Part shown: in pieces, positions 40,413 through 49,629 of the stretch | How the letters are laid out: each line of letters starts with the position of its first letter | Position numbering within the stretch: position 1 is the first letter of the stretch | Assembly (NCBI GenBank): GCA_023412215.1 | Contig: JAEYNX010000016.1 | Span: 15,101-79,100 of the forward strand | Reading direction: 5' to 3' | Length of the DNA: 64,000 nt | From: Bacillota bacterium | Lineage (GTDB): Bacteria; Bacillota; Clostridia; Oscillospirales; Ruminococcaceae | Made by a program: the position numbers and the translations under genes | The notes under the pieces: model-generated | Told to the model about the DNA's origin: nothing | Databases searched by the model: none | What the model saw: only the letters and a program-made list of their open reading frames with translations

Positions 40413-41567
40413 TTACATTGCGCCTGAGCTGATGACAAGGGTAATGGTAGTGGCGACGATAAGCAGCAACGCAAAGCAGAGTATTACCGCCAGCAGCAGC
40501 GAAACCGCCGTAGCGGAGGATTTTAACACCTCGCTGACCGGCTTTAGGTCAAAGATATCGCTCACGGCCGCCGCGATATTGAGCGTAAGGTACCAGATGG
40601 CGGCATCGATTAAAACCGGCAGAAAGATGATGGCGGCGGCAATGATGCCAAACCCGCCCACGACGCTTTTAAGCAGCGAGATGCAGCCGCCTACAGAGGC
40701 TACGGCATCGGATAAAGCGCCGCCCACAATCGGGACAAAGCTGCCGACCAAAAACTTGCCCGCCTTGATTGCCACAGTGTCGGCACCCGTAGAGACGATG
40801 GTTTGCACCCCCAAAAGCCCGACAAAGATGGTGATAATAAACCCTAAAACCCATGTTGCACAGCTCTTGAGCATCTTGGCCGCACCCACAAGATTGAGCT
40901 GGGGTGAAACCGCCGAAACGATGCAAAACGCCAGATAGATACAAAGCAGCGGCACCACAGTGGTGGAGGCGATCTGCGAAACCAGCTCGGCAGCCGTAAA
41001 CAAAAATAGGCTGTAGGTGGAGGCCGTAACAGGCTGCCCCGATACCGCCATAATACCGGATAGCACCGGCACGAACCCCAGCATAAAGTTGGCACAATCG
41101 TAAACGGCCCGTGAGGTTCTTTCTATACAGGACCAGATGGGGGTGATAATACCCGCCACGATACACAGTACCGAAACGGTGGTAAATACCCCGCCGATGG
41201 GCTTTTGCAAGAAGCCTTCTTTAAACCCGTCCACCAGTGAGCATAAAAGGATAATGCCCAAGATAGAAAAGAACAGAATCTTTGGCTTAGAAAGCGTATC
41301 CTTTACCATGAGCCATAGGACGTTAAAAAACTGTGAGGGCTCGAGCGAAAGCAGGCTGCCCGGTGTAAGCTGGTCAACGCCTAGCTCACGCAGATACGCC
41401 TGTGTTTCACTCGGCAGCATAAACACCAGTTCACCCGCGCCGCTCGCCTCCAGCTGCTGCTCGAACAATTCTTCGGTCGGTGGCGGTTCTACAGTATCGG
41501 CCGGTTCAGCATAAACCGGGGTAGTCAGCAGTAGCACCAGTGCAATGAACAGCAATAACCTTTTCAT
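40413..41567 (-). CDS. spoIIIAE: Stage III sporulation protein AE
   Basis: Polytopic membrane protein, FVPIVGGALSDA motif. Confidence 0.9.
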   Translation of the reverse strand: MKRLLLFIALVLLLTTPVYAEPADTVEPPPTEELFEQQLEASGAGELVFMLPSETQAYLRELGVDQLTPGSLLSLEPSQFFNVLWLMVKDTLSKPKILFFSILGIILLCSLVDGFKEGFLQKPIGGVFTTVSVLCIVAGIITPIWSCIERTSRAVYDCANFMLGFVPVLSGIMAVSGQPVTASTYSLFLFTAAELVSQIASTTVVPLLCIYLAFCIVSAVSPQLNLVGAAKMLKSCATWVLGFIITIFVGLLGVQTIVSTGADTVAIKAGKFLVGSFVPIVGGALSDAVASVGGCISLLKSVVGGFGIIAAAIIFLPVLIDAAIWYLTLNIAAAVSDIFDLKPVSEVLKSSATAVSLLLAVILCFALLLIVATTITLVISSGAM

Positions 41568-41607
41568 GGCTCTCTTTTCCGTTCCGCCGCGGCTGCGGCA
41601 CATACTT

Positions 41608-42000
41608 CTATCCTGCGGAGATGAGTGTTTTCGCAACCTCAAGAATCTGCTTAAAAAGCGGCAGCGACTGCAGCAGCACCGCAATCTTGCCCGCGGTTTC
41701 CACCTTGGTGGCGATGGTCCCCGCGCCCGAATCACGGCACACGTCCGCCGCCAGCTGCGTGATAAAACAGATGCCGAGGCATTTAAAAAGGATGACAATA
41801 TATTCGCTGGGCATGTTGGTGGACTCGATCAATTCCTCGACCTGCGACAGGATGGGCGCCGCAGCGGTAAGCACCAGCAAGAGGATGACGATCCCCGCGC
41901 CGAGGTTGATCAAAACGGAATACTCCGGCTTGTACTGCTTGAGCAGCACCGAGATGGCAGCCGCGATGATGGCAGCGCCTGCAATGGTGATGATGTTCAT
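41608..42000 (-). CDS. spoIIIAD: Stage III sporulation protein AD
   Basis: LKQYKPEY, K.LGI..ITQ.AAD.C.D.G...IA.KVE.AGK. Confidence 0.92.
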   Translation of the reverse strand: MNIITIAGAAIIAAAISVLLKQYKPEYSVLINLGAGIVILLLVLTAAAPILSQVEELIESTNMPSEYIVILFKCLGICFITQLAADVCRDSGAGTIATKVETAGKIAVLLQSLPLFKQILEVAKTLISAG

Positions 42001-42002
42001 GG

Positions 42003-42197
42003 CTACAGCCCAAACACGCTTTTTACCGTCTCAAACAGGTTGCTGATTTCATAGATGATCATCATCAGTACGACAATCAGCCCCGCAAGCGTCGTCATCA
42101 TCGCCTGCTCCTCCCTGCCCGAGCGGATAAGCACCTGATTCAGCACGGCCACAATGATCCCGATTGCCGCAATCTTAAAGATTAAATCCACTTCCAT
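42003..42197 (-). CDS. spoIIIAC: Stage III sporulation protein AC
   Basis: MEVDLIFKIAAIGIIVAVLNQVL..SGREEQA. Confidence 0.95.
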   Translation of the reverse strand: MEVDLIFKIAAIGIIVAVLNQVLIRSGREEQAMMTTLAGLIVVLMMIIYEISNLFETVKSVFGL

Positions 42198-42250
42198 AGC
42201 CTTAAGCTCCATTCCGTCTTCTGTAATTTAAGCCTGTTTTCAGGCATTCT

Positions 42251-42763
42251 CTATATGATAAGCACGGCCAGTCCGATGCCCGCAAGCACCCCCAGCGTGG
42301 TATACATCTTAGCGTGCGCCGTGCTCTCACTTCTGGCCTTTTCGTGGCTCTGGGTAAACATTTTTTGATAAAGGGCGATGGTTTTCCCCTGCTCCTCCGA
42401 GTCGGTGGTACCGATGTACTCGCCTAACGCGTAAAGGCGGTTCATGTCCTCGTCGCCGAGCAGTATGGCGTTTTTCCCTTGGGTAACGGCTGTGCGCCAA
42501 GCCTCCGGGAAGGGTACCCCCACGCGCAGATCATCCCTTACCTGCTTAAGAAACCGCAGGCTGTCAAAACGCTCGGAATCGGCCAATGACGCAATGATCT
42601 CGGCCACCGGCATTCTGGTGTAGCTGATCTGTGATGAAAAAAAATCGAGCATCTCCATGACCTTCTCAAGGTAGTTCGCCCGGTCTAGCAGCCTGCGGCA
42701 CATGGATACTCCAACCGCCGAGCAGGTTATGATTATACAGATGGCCCCGCCTACTCTGAGCAT
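42251..42763 (-). CDS. spoIIIAB: Stage III sporulation protein AB
   Basis: N- and C-terminal TMs, G.TD...Q, KMY..LG.L.G. Confidence 0.85.
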   Translation of the reverse strand: MLRVGGAICIIITCSAVGVSMCRRLLDRANYLEKVMEMLDFFSSQISYTRMPVAEIIASLADSERFDSLRFLKQVRDDLRVGVPFPEAWRTAVTQGKNAILLGDEDMNRLYALGEYIGTTDSEEQGKTIALYQKMFTQSHEKARSESTAHAKMYTTLGVLAGIGLAVLII

Positions 42764-43712
42764 TCCATTCACCTGCCTTAATAATCTCTTTGATCTTTCC
42801 GGGAGCGTCCGCGCCGTGCAGAAACACGATGTTCGGAAATGCGCCCAAGGTAATCAGACGCATAATCTGTTTTTTATGCCGCAGCTCGTCTATATCGGTA
42901 GCATGGGCGGAGGCCACTACGCACACCCCGCAGTTCAAGCCCGTTTGTATCGCCTTGGCCTCTTCCTCGCCGCCGATTTCATCGCAGATAATCACATCGG
43001 GCGCAAGACATTTTACCGCAATCATCAACCCTTCGCCCTTGGGGTAGCCGTCCAGCACATCACACCGCGGGCCTAGGCTGTTTTCTGCCTGTCCGCAATG
43101 CGTGGCGGCAAGCTCGCCTCGTTCGTCCACGACGGCCACCCGCGTATTGTTTATTGAAAGCTGACGCGCAAGATCGCGCAGCACCGTCGTTTTTCCGCTG
43201 GCGGGCACCCCGCATACCAGCAGACCGGACAGCCCCTGCGACAATACACGGCTGAAAATCTCATCGGCGGCGCCGTTAATCTCACGCGCCACGCGAATGT
43301 TGACGGATGAAATATCCCTTAGGCCGGTTATCTTGCCGTCCTCCACGACCGCCGTACCGCAAACCCCCGCCCTGTGGCCATTTTTTACGGTAATAAACCC
43401 GGACGCAATCTCGTTTTGATGGCTGTATACGGAATACCCGCACAATTTTTTAAAGCATTCGTTTACTTCATCCTTGGTGACAAAGAGCGATTGCGGTGTT
43501 TGCGCCTCCGAGAGGCTGCCGTCGCTTTGAAACAGCCAATCCGCCGAAACAAGGTTTACCGCAAGCGGTTTTCCCACGCGCAGGCGGATCTCCCGCACTT
43601 GCCCTTTTTTAACATCGGCCAGATTTTTTATGTACATACTGAGCCGAGGGGGCAAAAAGCCTGCCGCATCGTCTACGCGCTGTACGTTTTCCGCCAGTAC
43701 CACATCCATCAC
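42666..43712 (-). CDS. spoIIIAA: Stage III sporulation protein AA (ATPase)
   Basis: EIRLR, GFITVKNGHRAG.CG, G.PASGKTT.LRD, DERGE, DEIG. Confidence 0.92.
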   Translation of the reverse strand: MMDVVLAENVQRVDDAAGFLPPRLSMYIKNLADVKKGQVREIRLRVGKPLAVNLVSADWLFQSDGSLSEAQTPQSLFVTKDEVNECFKKLCGYSVYSHQNEIASGFITVKNGHRAGVCGTAVVEDGKITGLRDISSVNIRVAREINGAADEIFSRVLSQGLSGLLVCGVPASGKTTVLRDLARQLSINNTRVAVVDERGELAATHCGQAENSLGPRCDVLDGYPKGEGLMIAVKCLAPDVIICDEIGGEEEAKAIQTGLNCGVCVVASAHATDIDELRHKKQIMRLITLGAFPNIVFLHGADAPGKIKEIIKAGEWNAQSRRGHLYNHNLLGGWSIHVPQAARPGELP

Positions 43713-43739
43713 TCCTGCTTGTACTACCTGCTACTGCAA

Positions 43740-43928
43740 TACTAATTCTTCTTTAAAAAAGCGATGAAATCGCTTTTTTAAACCCCGCCTTCGGCGGAGA
43801 GCAACAACGCCTTGCGTTGTTGCAGAATGAGTATTGAACGGTAATTCTGCGGCTAAAGCCGCCCGCGCCGTTTTTATAACGGCGTATTTGAAAGGGGGTT
43901 TTATCCCCTTTTCAAATGGAATTTAGTA
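43740..43928 (-). mobile_element. MITE-like multi-hairpin repeat, copy B (most complete, six hairpins)
   Basis: CAA|TACTAATTCTTC...GGAATTTAGTA|TAA; reverse complement aligns with copies A, C and D. Confidence 0.82.
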
Positions 43929-43929
43929 T

Positions 43930-43957
43930 AATATATTCACCTGCCGAACTTTTAGAA
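43930..43957 (-). promoter_or_regulatory. Putative sigma-E promoter of the spoIIIA operon
   Basis: TTCTA-N14-GAATATATT on the minus strand. Confidence 0.5.
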
Positions 43958-43961
43958 CAGC

Positions 43962-43993
43962 AAAAAACAGGAAGGCATCTGCCTTCCTGTTTT
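43962..43993 (-). terminator. Terminator after secF
   Basis: AAAACAGGAAGGCA / TGCCTTCCTGTTTT. Confidence 0.85.
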
Positions 43994-44021
43994 CAGTGAA
44001 TGATTGTATTTTTATATATGC

Positions 44022-44978
44022 TTAGATTCTGATCTTGCCAACCGACGAAGACGGCTTACCGCTCGGCTTATCACCGATCTTCTTTGCGCGGTAATTCTTC
44101 CAAACTACCCACAGCGGGCCGGCGATGCAGATGGTGGAGTACACACCGGAGATCATACCGATAATCATCGGGAACGCGAAGGAGAAGATGGAGGTAACGC
44201 CGTTAATCAGCGCCACCACGCATACCGTAATCATAACCAGCAAGCCGCAGCCGCTGGTATTGATAGAACGCGTCAGCGACTGGTTGATGCTGAGGTTTAC
44301 AATCTCGGCGAGATCCTTTTTGCCACCGTGCAGCTTCTCGTTCTCACGGATACGGTCGTAGATAACAATGGTATCGTTGATAGAGAAACCGAGGATGGTA
44401 AGCACTACCGCAATAAAGTTGTCATTGAGCGGTATTCTGAAGAAAACGAATGCCGCAAACACCATCAGGGCGTCATGGAAGAGCGCGATAACACCCATGG
44501 CACCCGCCGAGATACCGCCTATCTTACGGAAGCGGATACCTACGTAGATAATGATGAGCAAGGACGCCGCGACAACCGCTACAAGGCACTTCGCGAAGAA
44601 TTCTTTACCCATTACAGGGTTTACGTTGGACGAATCAAGCATCGTAACCTGATTATCCGGGAAGGCCTTTACAATCGCATCGGTCATCTTCTGCTGATTT
44701 TCAATGCTCAGGCTCTCTTCCTCCGTGAGGGAAACAACCAGTTTATTGACGGCACCCGCCGTCTTCTGCACGCTTACCTGTTCGCCGATGGTATCCTGAA
44801 TAGTGGTAGCAACCGCATTCGGGTCGATATCACCGCTATAGGTGTAGTTGATAATGGCGCCGCCCTTGAACTGAATGTCCAGCTCTACGCCAAAGATAAA
44901 CGAAACGATAATGGTAATAAGGATAATGGCAATGGAGATCGAAAAATAAATCTTCTTTTTACCCATGAAGTCAATCAT
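44022..44978 (-). CDS. secF: Protein translocase subunit SecF
   Basis: IQFKGG, HD, GFSINDTIVIYDRIREN, R..NTS. Confidence 0.95.
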   Translation of the reverse strand: MIDFMGKKKIYFSISIAIILITIIVSFIFGVELDIQFKGGAIINYTYSGDIDPNAVATTIQDTIGEQVSVQKTAGAVNKLVVSLTEEESLSIENQQKMTDAIVKAFPDNQVTMLDSSNVNPVMGKEFFAKCLVAVVAASLLIIIYVGIRFRKIGGISAGAMGVIALFHDALMVFAAFVFFRIPLNDNFIAVVLTILGFSINDTIVIYDRIRENEKLHGGKKDLAEIVNLSINQSLTRSINTSGCGLLVMITVCVVALINGVTSIFSFAFPMIIGMISGVYSTICIAGPLWVVWKNYRAKKIGDKPSGKPSSSVGKIRI

Positions 44979-46375
44979 TATTTTGCACCTCCATACAGCC
45001 AGGGCTTGCGAAGGCCCTTAAACTTTGAAAGCGAGCGCAGCATAAGCCGCGACGCGGTAACGCCCATTAAGAAGTTAAAGATAACACCCACAAGCAGCGT
45101 ATAACCGAAGGAATAGATTGCGCCGGTTGTGGACGGGCCGAACATGAAGAAGATGGGGGTGAACAGCTTTGCCCAGAAGCTTGTCGGCGGGCCGAATGAG
45201 CCCATGAGGATAGCCGCAACGATAACTACGGTTACGTTACCGTCAAAGATTGCGGTAAAGCCGCGCTCGTAACCAAGGTCGATTGCACCCTCAATGGTTT
45301 TACCTGCACGAAGCTCTTCCTTTACACGTTCGGAGGTGATAACGTTTGCGTCAACACCCATACCGATACTTAAGATGATGCCGGCGATACCGGGCAGTGT
45401 AAGCGTAAAGCTGGGAATAAAGGCGAAGTAGCCGGATACAGCCATAATAAAGCCCGCAAACTGGCCGGTTAACGCAATGGAGGCAACTAGGCCCGGCAGC
45501 TTATAATATGCGATCATGAAGATGCACACCAGTGCAAATGCGATAAAGCCGGCCACTACCATCGAATCCTTGGCGCTGACGCCGAGGGTCGGGGAGATGG
45601 AGCTGTAGTTCTCGGTTACAAGCTTAAACGGAAGCGCACCGCCGTTGATCTTGTTGGCAAGGTCCATCGCCTCTTGGGGGGTAAAGCCCTGCGAACCGCC
45701 GTTGATGGAGGCATGTCCGCCGGTGATGGCGGATTCAACCACCGGGTCGGAGATCATGGTATCATCCATCCAGATGGAGATCTTTTTGCCTACCAGCCTT
45801 GTGGTGGCCTCGCCGAACTTCTTGGCTCCCTCATCGGTAAGCTCGAGCGCAACCTCAGGCTGTGAGGTCTGTGTATTGGTAACCGCAGAAGCGGATTTTA
45901 CATCCTTGCCCTCGATTACGATGCTATCCTTCGTAACCCCGGTAGGCAGGCCCGCGGCGTCGCGGTTGGCTTCCTCACGGAAGGTAAGTAGCGCGGTATC
46001 GCCAAGCTCCTTGATGGCCTGCTCAGGATTCTTGCTGGACTCCTCGTCCTTCCACGGGAAACGAACGATGATACGGTCTTTCGCGGTATCGGTGTAAACC
46101 TCGTAGTCGGTGATGTTCTGGGTGACAAGACGCTGTTTTATTACCGACTCGGCAGCGGTCATCTGAGCATTGGTTGCATCGAAGCCTTCAGGAGGGGTAA
46201 ACGTCACATCCACGCCACCTCGAATATCAATGCCCCAACGGATATCATTAGCTCCCTTGACATAAACCTTTGTGGTATCGCCGTATGTAGTGCGAATACC
46301 CACAAATGATGTCACAGCTAAAAAAACGATTAGCGCAAACACAACAAAGAATGTTGCTTTTGAGCCCTTTTTCAT
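44978..46375 (-). CDS. secD: Protein translocase subunit SecD
   Basis: GIDIRGG, GALPF, TLPGIAGIILSIGMGVDANV...ER.KEE. Confidence 0.95.
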   Translation of the reverse strand: MKKGSKATFFVVFALIVFLAVTSFVGIRTTYGDTTKVYVKGANDIRWGIDIRGGVDVTFTPPEGFDATNAQMTAAESVIKQRLVTQNITDYEVYTDTAKDRIIVRFPWKDEESSKNPEQAIKELGDTALLTFREEANRDAAGLPTGVTKDSIVIEGKDVKSASAVTNTQTSQPEVALELTDEGAKKFGEATTRLVGKKISIWMDDTMISDPVVESAITGGHASINGGSQGFTPQEAMDLANKINGGALPFKLVTENYSSISPTLGVSAKDSMVVAGFIAFALVCIFMIAYYKLPGLVASIALTGQFAGFIMAVSGYFAFIPSFTLTLPGIAGIILSIGMGVDANVITSERVKEELRAGKTIEGAIDLGYERGFTAIFDGNVTVVIVAAILMGSFGPPTSFWAKLFTPIFFMFGPSTTGAIYSFGYTLLVGVIFNFLMGVTASRLMLRSLSKFKGLRKPWLYGGAK

Positions 46376-46495
46376 AGCCCAATCCTCCTAGTTATAGTAT
46401 GCCCAATTTTATATGCCGCAGCCGACCGCGTGAGGTGACTAGGGGCTGATAACGGATAGGCCGCATGATTAATGAAATTGGCAATCACAACGAAT

Positions 46496-46524
46496 ATTAT
46501 ATTGTTTTCCACACAAAAAGTCAA
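46496..46524 (-). promoter_or_regulatory. sigma-A promoter of secDF
   Basis: TTGACT-N17-TATAAT on the minus strand. Confidence 0.7.
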
Positions 46525-46529
46525 CAAAA

Positions 46530-47969
46530 CTAAACGCTTAACTCGGCTTTTTCACCAATTATTTCTTGATTTTGCTCAAGAAGCGGCGTTACATATTCCT
46601 GTGAAAACTCCACTACCTGCTTTGCCGCTCTGCCGGTGAAGTTTTCCGGCTTTAAAACGGCTAGGATGTCCTCTTTTGTGAGCATGAACGCCTTATCGTT
46701 TACAATGCGCTCGATGAGGTCGTTCTCCCCGCCCTGCTCCTTTACCACCCTTGCGGCGGCAAGGGAATGCTCGCGCAGCTTCTCGTGCAGGGCCTGCCGG
46801 TCGCCGCCCTTTTTAACCGCCTGCATCATGATGTTCTCGGTCGCCATAAAGGGGAGCTCCTTCATCACGCGCTGCTCGATCACCTTGGGGTATACCACGA
46901 TGCCGTCGCACACATTGAGCATGATGTTCAGGATGGCATCTACCCCCAAGAAGGCCTCCGCTACGCTGATGCGCTTGTTGGCCGAATCGTCAAGGGTTCG
47001 CTCAAACCACTGTGTCGCGGCGGTAAAAGAGGGGTTTAGGCTGTCCACCATCACGTAGCGCGCCAAGGAGGTGATGCGCTCACTGCGCATGGGGTTGCGT
47101 TTGTAGGGCATGGCGGAAGAACCGATCTGGTTTTTCTCAAATGGCTCCTCCATCTCCTTAAAGCTCTGCAAAATACGCATGTCGTTGGAGAATTTGGAGG
47201 CTGTCTGTGCAATGCCGCTTAGAGTTGCAACCACCTGCGCGTCTACCTTGCGCGAGTAGGTCTGCCCCGAAACGGGTACTACCCCGTCAAAGCCCATATC
47301 CTTAGCTATCAAGGCTTCCAACCTGCGTATCTTTTCGTCGTCACCGTCAAAAAGCTCCACAAAGCTCGCCTGCGTGCCGGTGGTGCCCTTGGAGCCCAGC
47401 AGCTTTAGGCTGTTTATGCGGTACTCTACCTCATCCAGATCGTAGAGCAGCTCGTTCATCCACAGTGTCGCCCGCTTGCCCACCGTGGTAAGCTGTGCGG
47501 GCTGCAGGTGGGTATACGCGAGTGCGGGAAGATCTTTATATTTCAGCGCAAAATCATTGAGCAGTGCAAGTACGTTTAACAGCTTACGCCGTACCACCTG
47601 CAGCGCGTCACGCATAACAATAACATCGGTATTGTCCCCTACATAGCAGGAGGTAGCGCCAAGGTGGATGATCCCCTTCGCCGTGGGGCACTGCAAACCG
47701 TAAGCGTAAACATGCGCCATCACGTCGTGGCGCACGAGGCGCTCACGCTGCTCGGCTTCTTCGTAGTTGATATTGTCCGCGCTCGCTTCAAGCTCTGCAA
47801 TCTGGGTGTCGGTAATCTCCAGTCCCAGCTGCTTCTCCGCTTTTGCCAGCGCAACCCAAAGCCTTCTCCACGTTTTAAACTTTTTATCGGCAGAGAAGAT
47901 ATACTGCATCTCGTCACTGGCGTAACGGGTGCAAAATGGGCTTTCGTATGAGTCGTGCAAATTGTACAC
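46530..47969 (-). CDS. purB: Adenylosuccinate lyase
   Basis: RHDVMAH, HLGATS, THLQPAQ, GSSAMPYKRNP. Confidence 0.96.
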   Translation of the reverse strand: MYNLHDSYESPFCTRYASDEMQYIFSADKKFKTWRRLWVALAKAEKQLGLEITDTQIAELEASADNINYEEAEQRERLVRHDVMAHVYAYGLQCPTAKGIIHLGATSCYVGDNTDVIVMRDALQVVRRKLLNVLALLNDFALKYKDLPALAYTHLQPAQLTTVGKRATLWMNELLYDLDEVEYRINSLKLLGSKGTTGTQASFVELFDGDDEKIRRLEALIAKDMGFDGVVPVSGQTYSRKVDAQVVATLSGIAQTASKFSNDMRILQSFKEMEEPFEKNQIGSSAMPYKRNPMRSERITSLARYVMVDSLNPSFTAATQWFERTLDDSANKRISVAEAFLGVDAILNIMLNVCDGIVVYPKVIEQRVMKELPFMATENIMMQAVKKGGDRQALHEKLREHSLAAARVVKEQGGENDLIERIVNDKAFMLTKEDILAVLKPENFTGRAAKQVVEFSQEYVTPLLEQNQEIIGEKAELSV

Positions 47970-48130
47970 CTCCGAGTAATCATCATAGCCGTCAAACGCT
48001 ATGTGCTTATTTTGTCAATGATCAGAATTCGCTCTAACCACAGTCTATAAATTGACAGAATAAGCAACTGCATTTATTATATCACGTTCAGTGCGGTTTG
48101 TCCCACTAAAATGTCAAAAAACGCTTGGCA

Positions 48131-48166
48131 AAAAAATATCCGAATAAGCGTAAGCTTATCCGGATA
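48131..48166 (-). terminator. Terminator after aminotransferase gene
   Basis: ATATCCGAATAAGC / GCTTATCCGGATAT with an A run on the left. Confidence 0.7.
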
Positions 48167-48191
48167 TATCGATTGATTGGATTTAAAAATT

Positions 48192-49472
48192 TTATTTGAT
48201 TAAAAACTTCTCGGCGCTTGCGAGCTTTACGCACAGGCAGAACAGTTTCATAGCGGCTTTAAGCTCCGAAAGCGGCGGGAAGGTGGGCGCTATGCGGATA
48301 TTGCTGTCGCTGGGGTCGATGCCATAAGGATATGTAGCCCCTGCCGGGGTAAGTACCACGCCCGCTTCCTTGCACAGCCCAACAACCCTTTTTGCGCAGC
48401 CGTTTGGAACGTTCACTGAAATGAAGTAACCGCCGTTAGGCTTATGAAAGCTTACAAGCCCAAGCTCGGCAAGCTCCTGCTGCAGCGCCCCTGTTACCAG
48501 CTCGAACTTCGGTACCAGTATCTCCGCCTGCTTTTTCATGTGGCTCAAAATACCGTCAAGATTTTTAAAATACTTCACATGCCTGAGCTGGTTAAGCTTA
48601 TCCGGGCCGATGGTTTGAATGGTGAGCATGCTTTTAAGCTGCCTGATATTGTTGTCGGACGCCGCCATTACCGCGACCCCCGAGCCGGGGAACGAAATTT
48701 TGGAGGTGGAGGCAAACTCAAAAACCATGTCTTCGGTGCCCGCCGCCCTGCACTCCTCAAAGATATTGAGCAGCACATCGGCTTCATACAGGTCGTGCAC
48801 CACATAGGCGTTATCCCAGAAGATTCTAAAGTCCTCCGCCGCGGGCTTTAAGCGTGCGAAGCGCTTTACCACCGCATCGGAATAGGTAATTCCCTCAGGA
48901 TTTGAATACTTGGGCACGCACCAGATGCCTTTAATGGTGCTGTCGCCCGATACCAGACGCTCTACCTCATCCATATCCGGCCCGTCGCTGTTCATCTTCA
49001 CGGTGATAAGCTCCATGCCAAACAGCTCGGTAACGGCAAAATGGCGGTCGTAACCCGGCGACGGGCAAAGAAATTTAACCTTATCAAGCTTCATCCACGG
49101 CTGTTTTGAGCCGTATACGCCGTGCGTCATCGCTCTTGAGATGGTATCGTACATCATGTTCAAGCTGGAATTCCCACCGATAATGATGTTTTGGGCGGGT
49201 ACTGCAAGCATCTCGGAAAACAGCCTTTTCGCCTCGGGGATACCGTCCAGCAAACCATAATTCCTGCAATCGGTACCATCCTCAGCCTTCATAATATCGC
49301 TGCTGGTGAGGCAATCAAAGATGCCGCTTGAAATATCCAACTGGGTGGCGGAGGGCTTACCTCGGGACATATCCAGCTTTAAACCCTTAGCTTTAATCTC
49401 ATTATACTGTGCTTCCCACTGCTGCTTTAATGCTAAAATCTGTTCCTTGGGCTGTTGCTCAAGTTTTGACAT
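48192..49472 (-). CDS. PLP-dependent class I/II aminotransferase (aspartate aminotransferase-like)
   Basis: LDMSRGKP, PGYDRHF, KYSNP, WDNAY, STSKI, RIAP. Confidence 0.88.
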   Translation of the reverse strand: MSKLEQQPKEQILALKQQWEAQYNEIKAKGLKLDMSRGKPSATQLDISSGIFDCLTSSDIMKAEDGTDCRNYGLLDGIPEAKRLFSEMLAVPAQNIIIGGNSSLNMMYDTISRAMTHGVYGSKQPWMKLDKVKFLCPSPGYDRHFAVTELFGMELITVKMNSDGPDMDEVERLVSGDSTIKGIWCVPKYSNPEGITYSDAVVKRFARLKPAAEDFRIFWDNAYVVHDLYEADVLLNIFEECRAAGTEDMVFEFASTSKISFPGSGVAVMAASDNNIRQLKSMLTIQTIGPDKLNQLRHVKYFKNLDGILSHMKKQAEILVPKFELVTGALQQELAELGLVSFHKPNGGYFISVNVPNGCAKRVVGLCKEAGVVLTPAGATYPYGIDPSDSNIRIAPTFPPLSELKAAMKLFCLCVKLASAEKFLIK

Positions 49473-49629
49473 GAATATTTCCCCCTGTTATACTGCACAA
49501 CTATAAAAGAATGTTGAAATGCAACGCTATTATTCTAATACAAGTATCGTAATTTTGCAAGATTATTTTATCAAACTTGCAAATATATCATATGCAAGTT
49601 CTGGCAGTATGTGAGGCACGGTAAAAAAA

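Noticed and set aside
44004..45104. 366-aa + strand ORF
   Set aside because: Antisense shadow of secF/secD with no recognisable motifs or RBS; the same applies to the many other antisense ORFs (e.g. 25546-26373, 35454-36233, 62098-62775).
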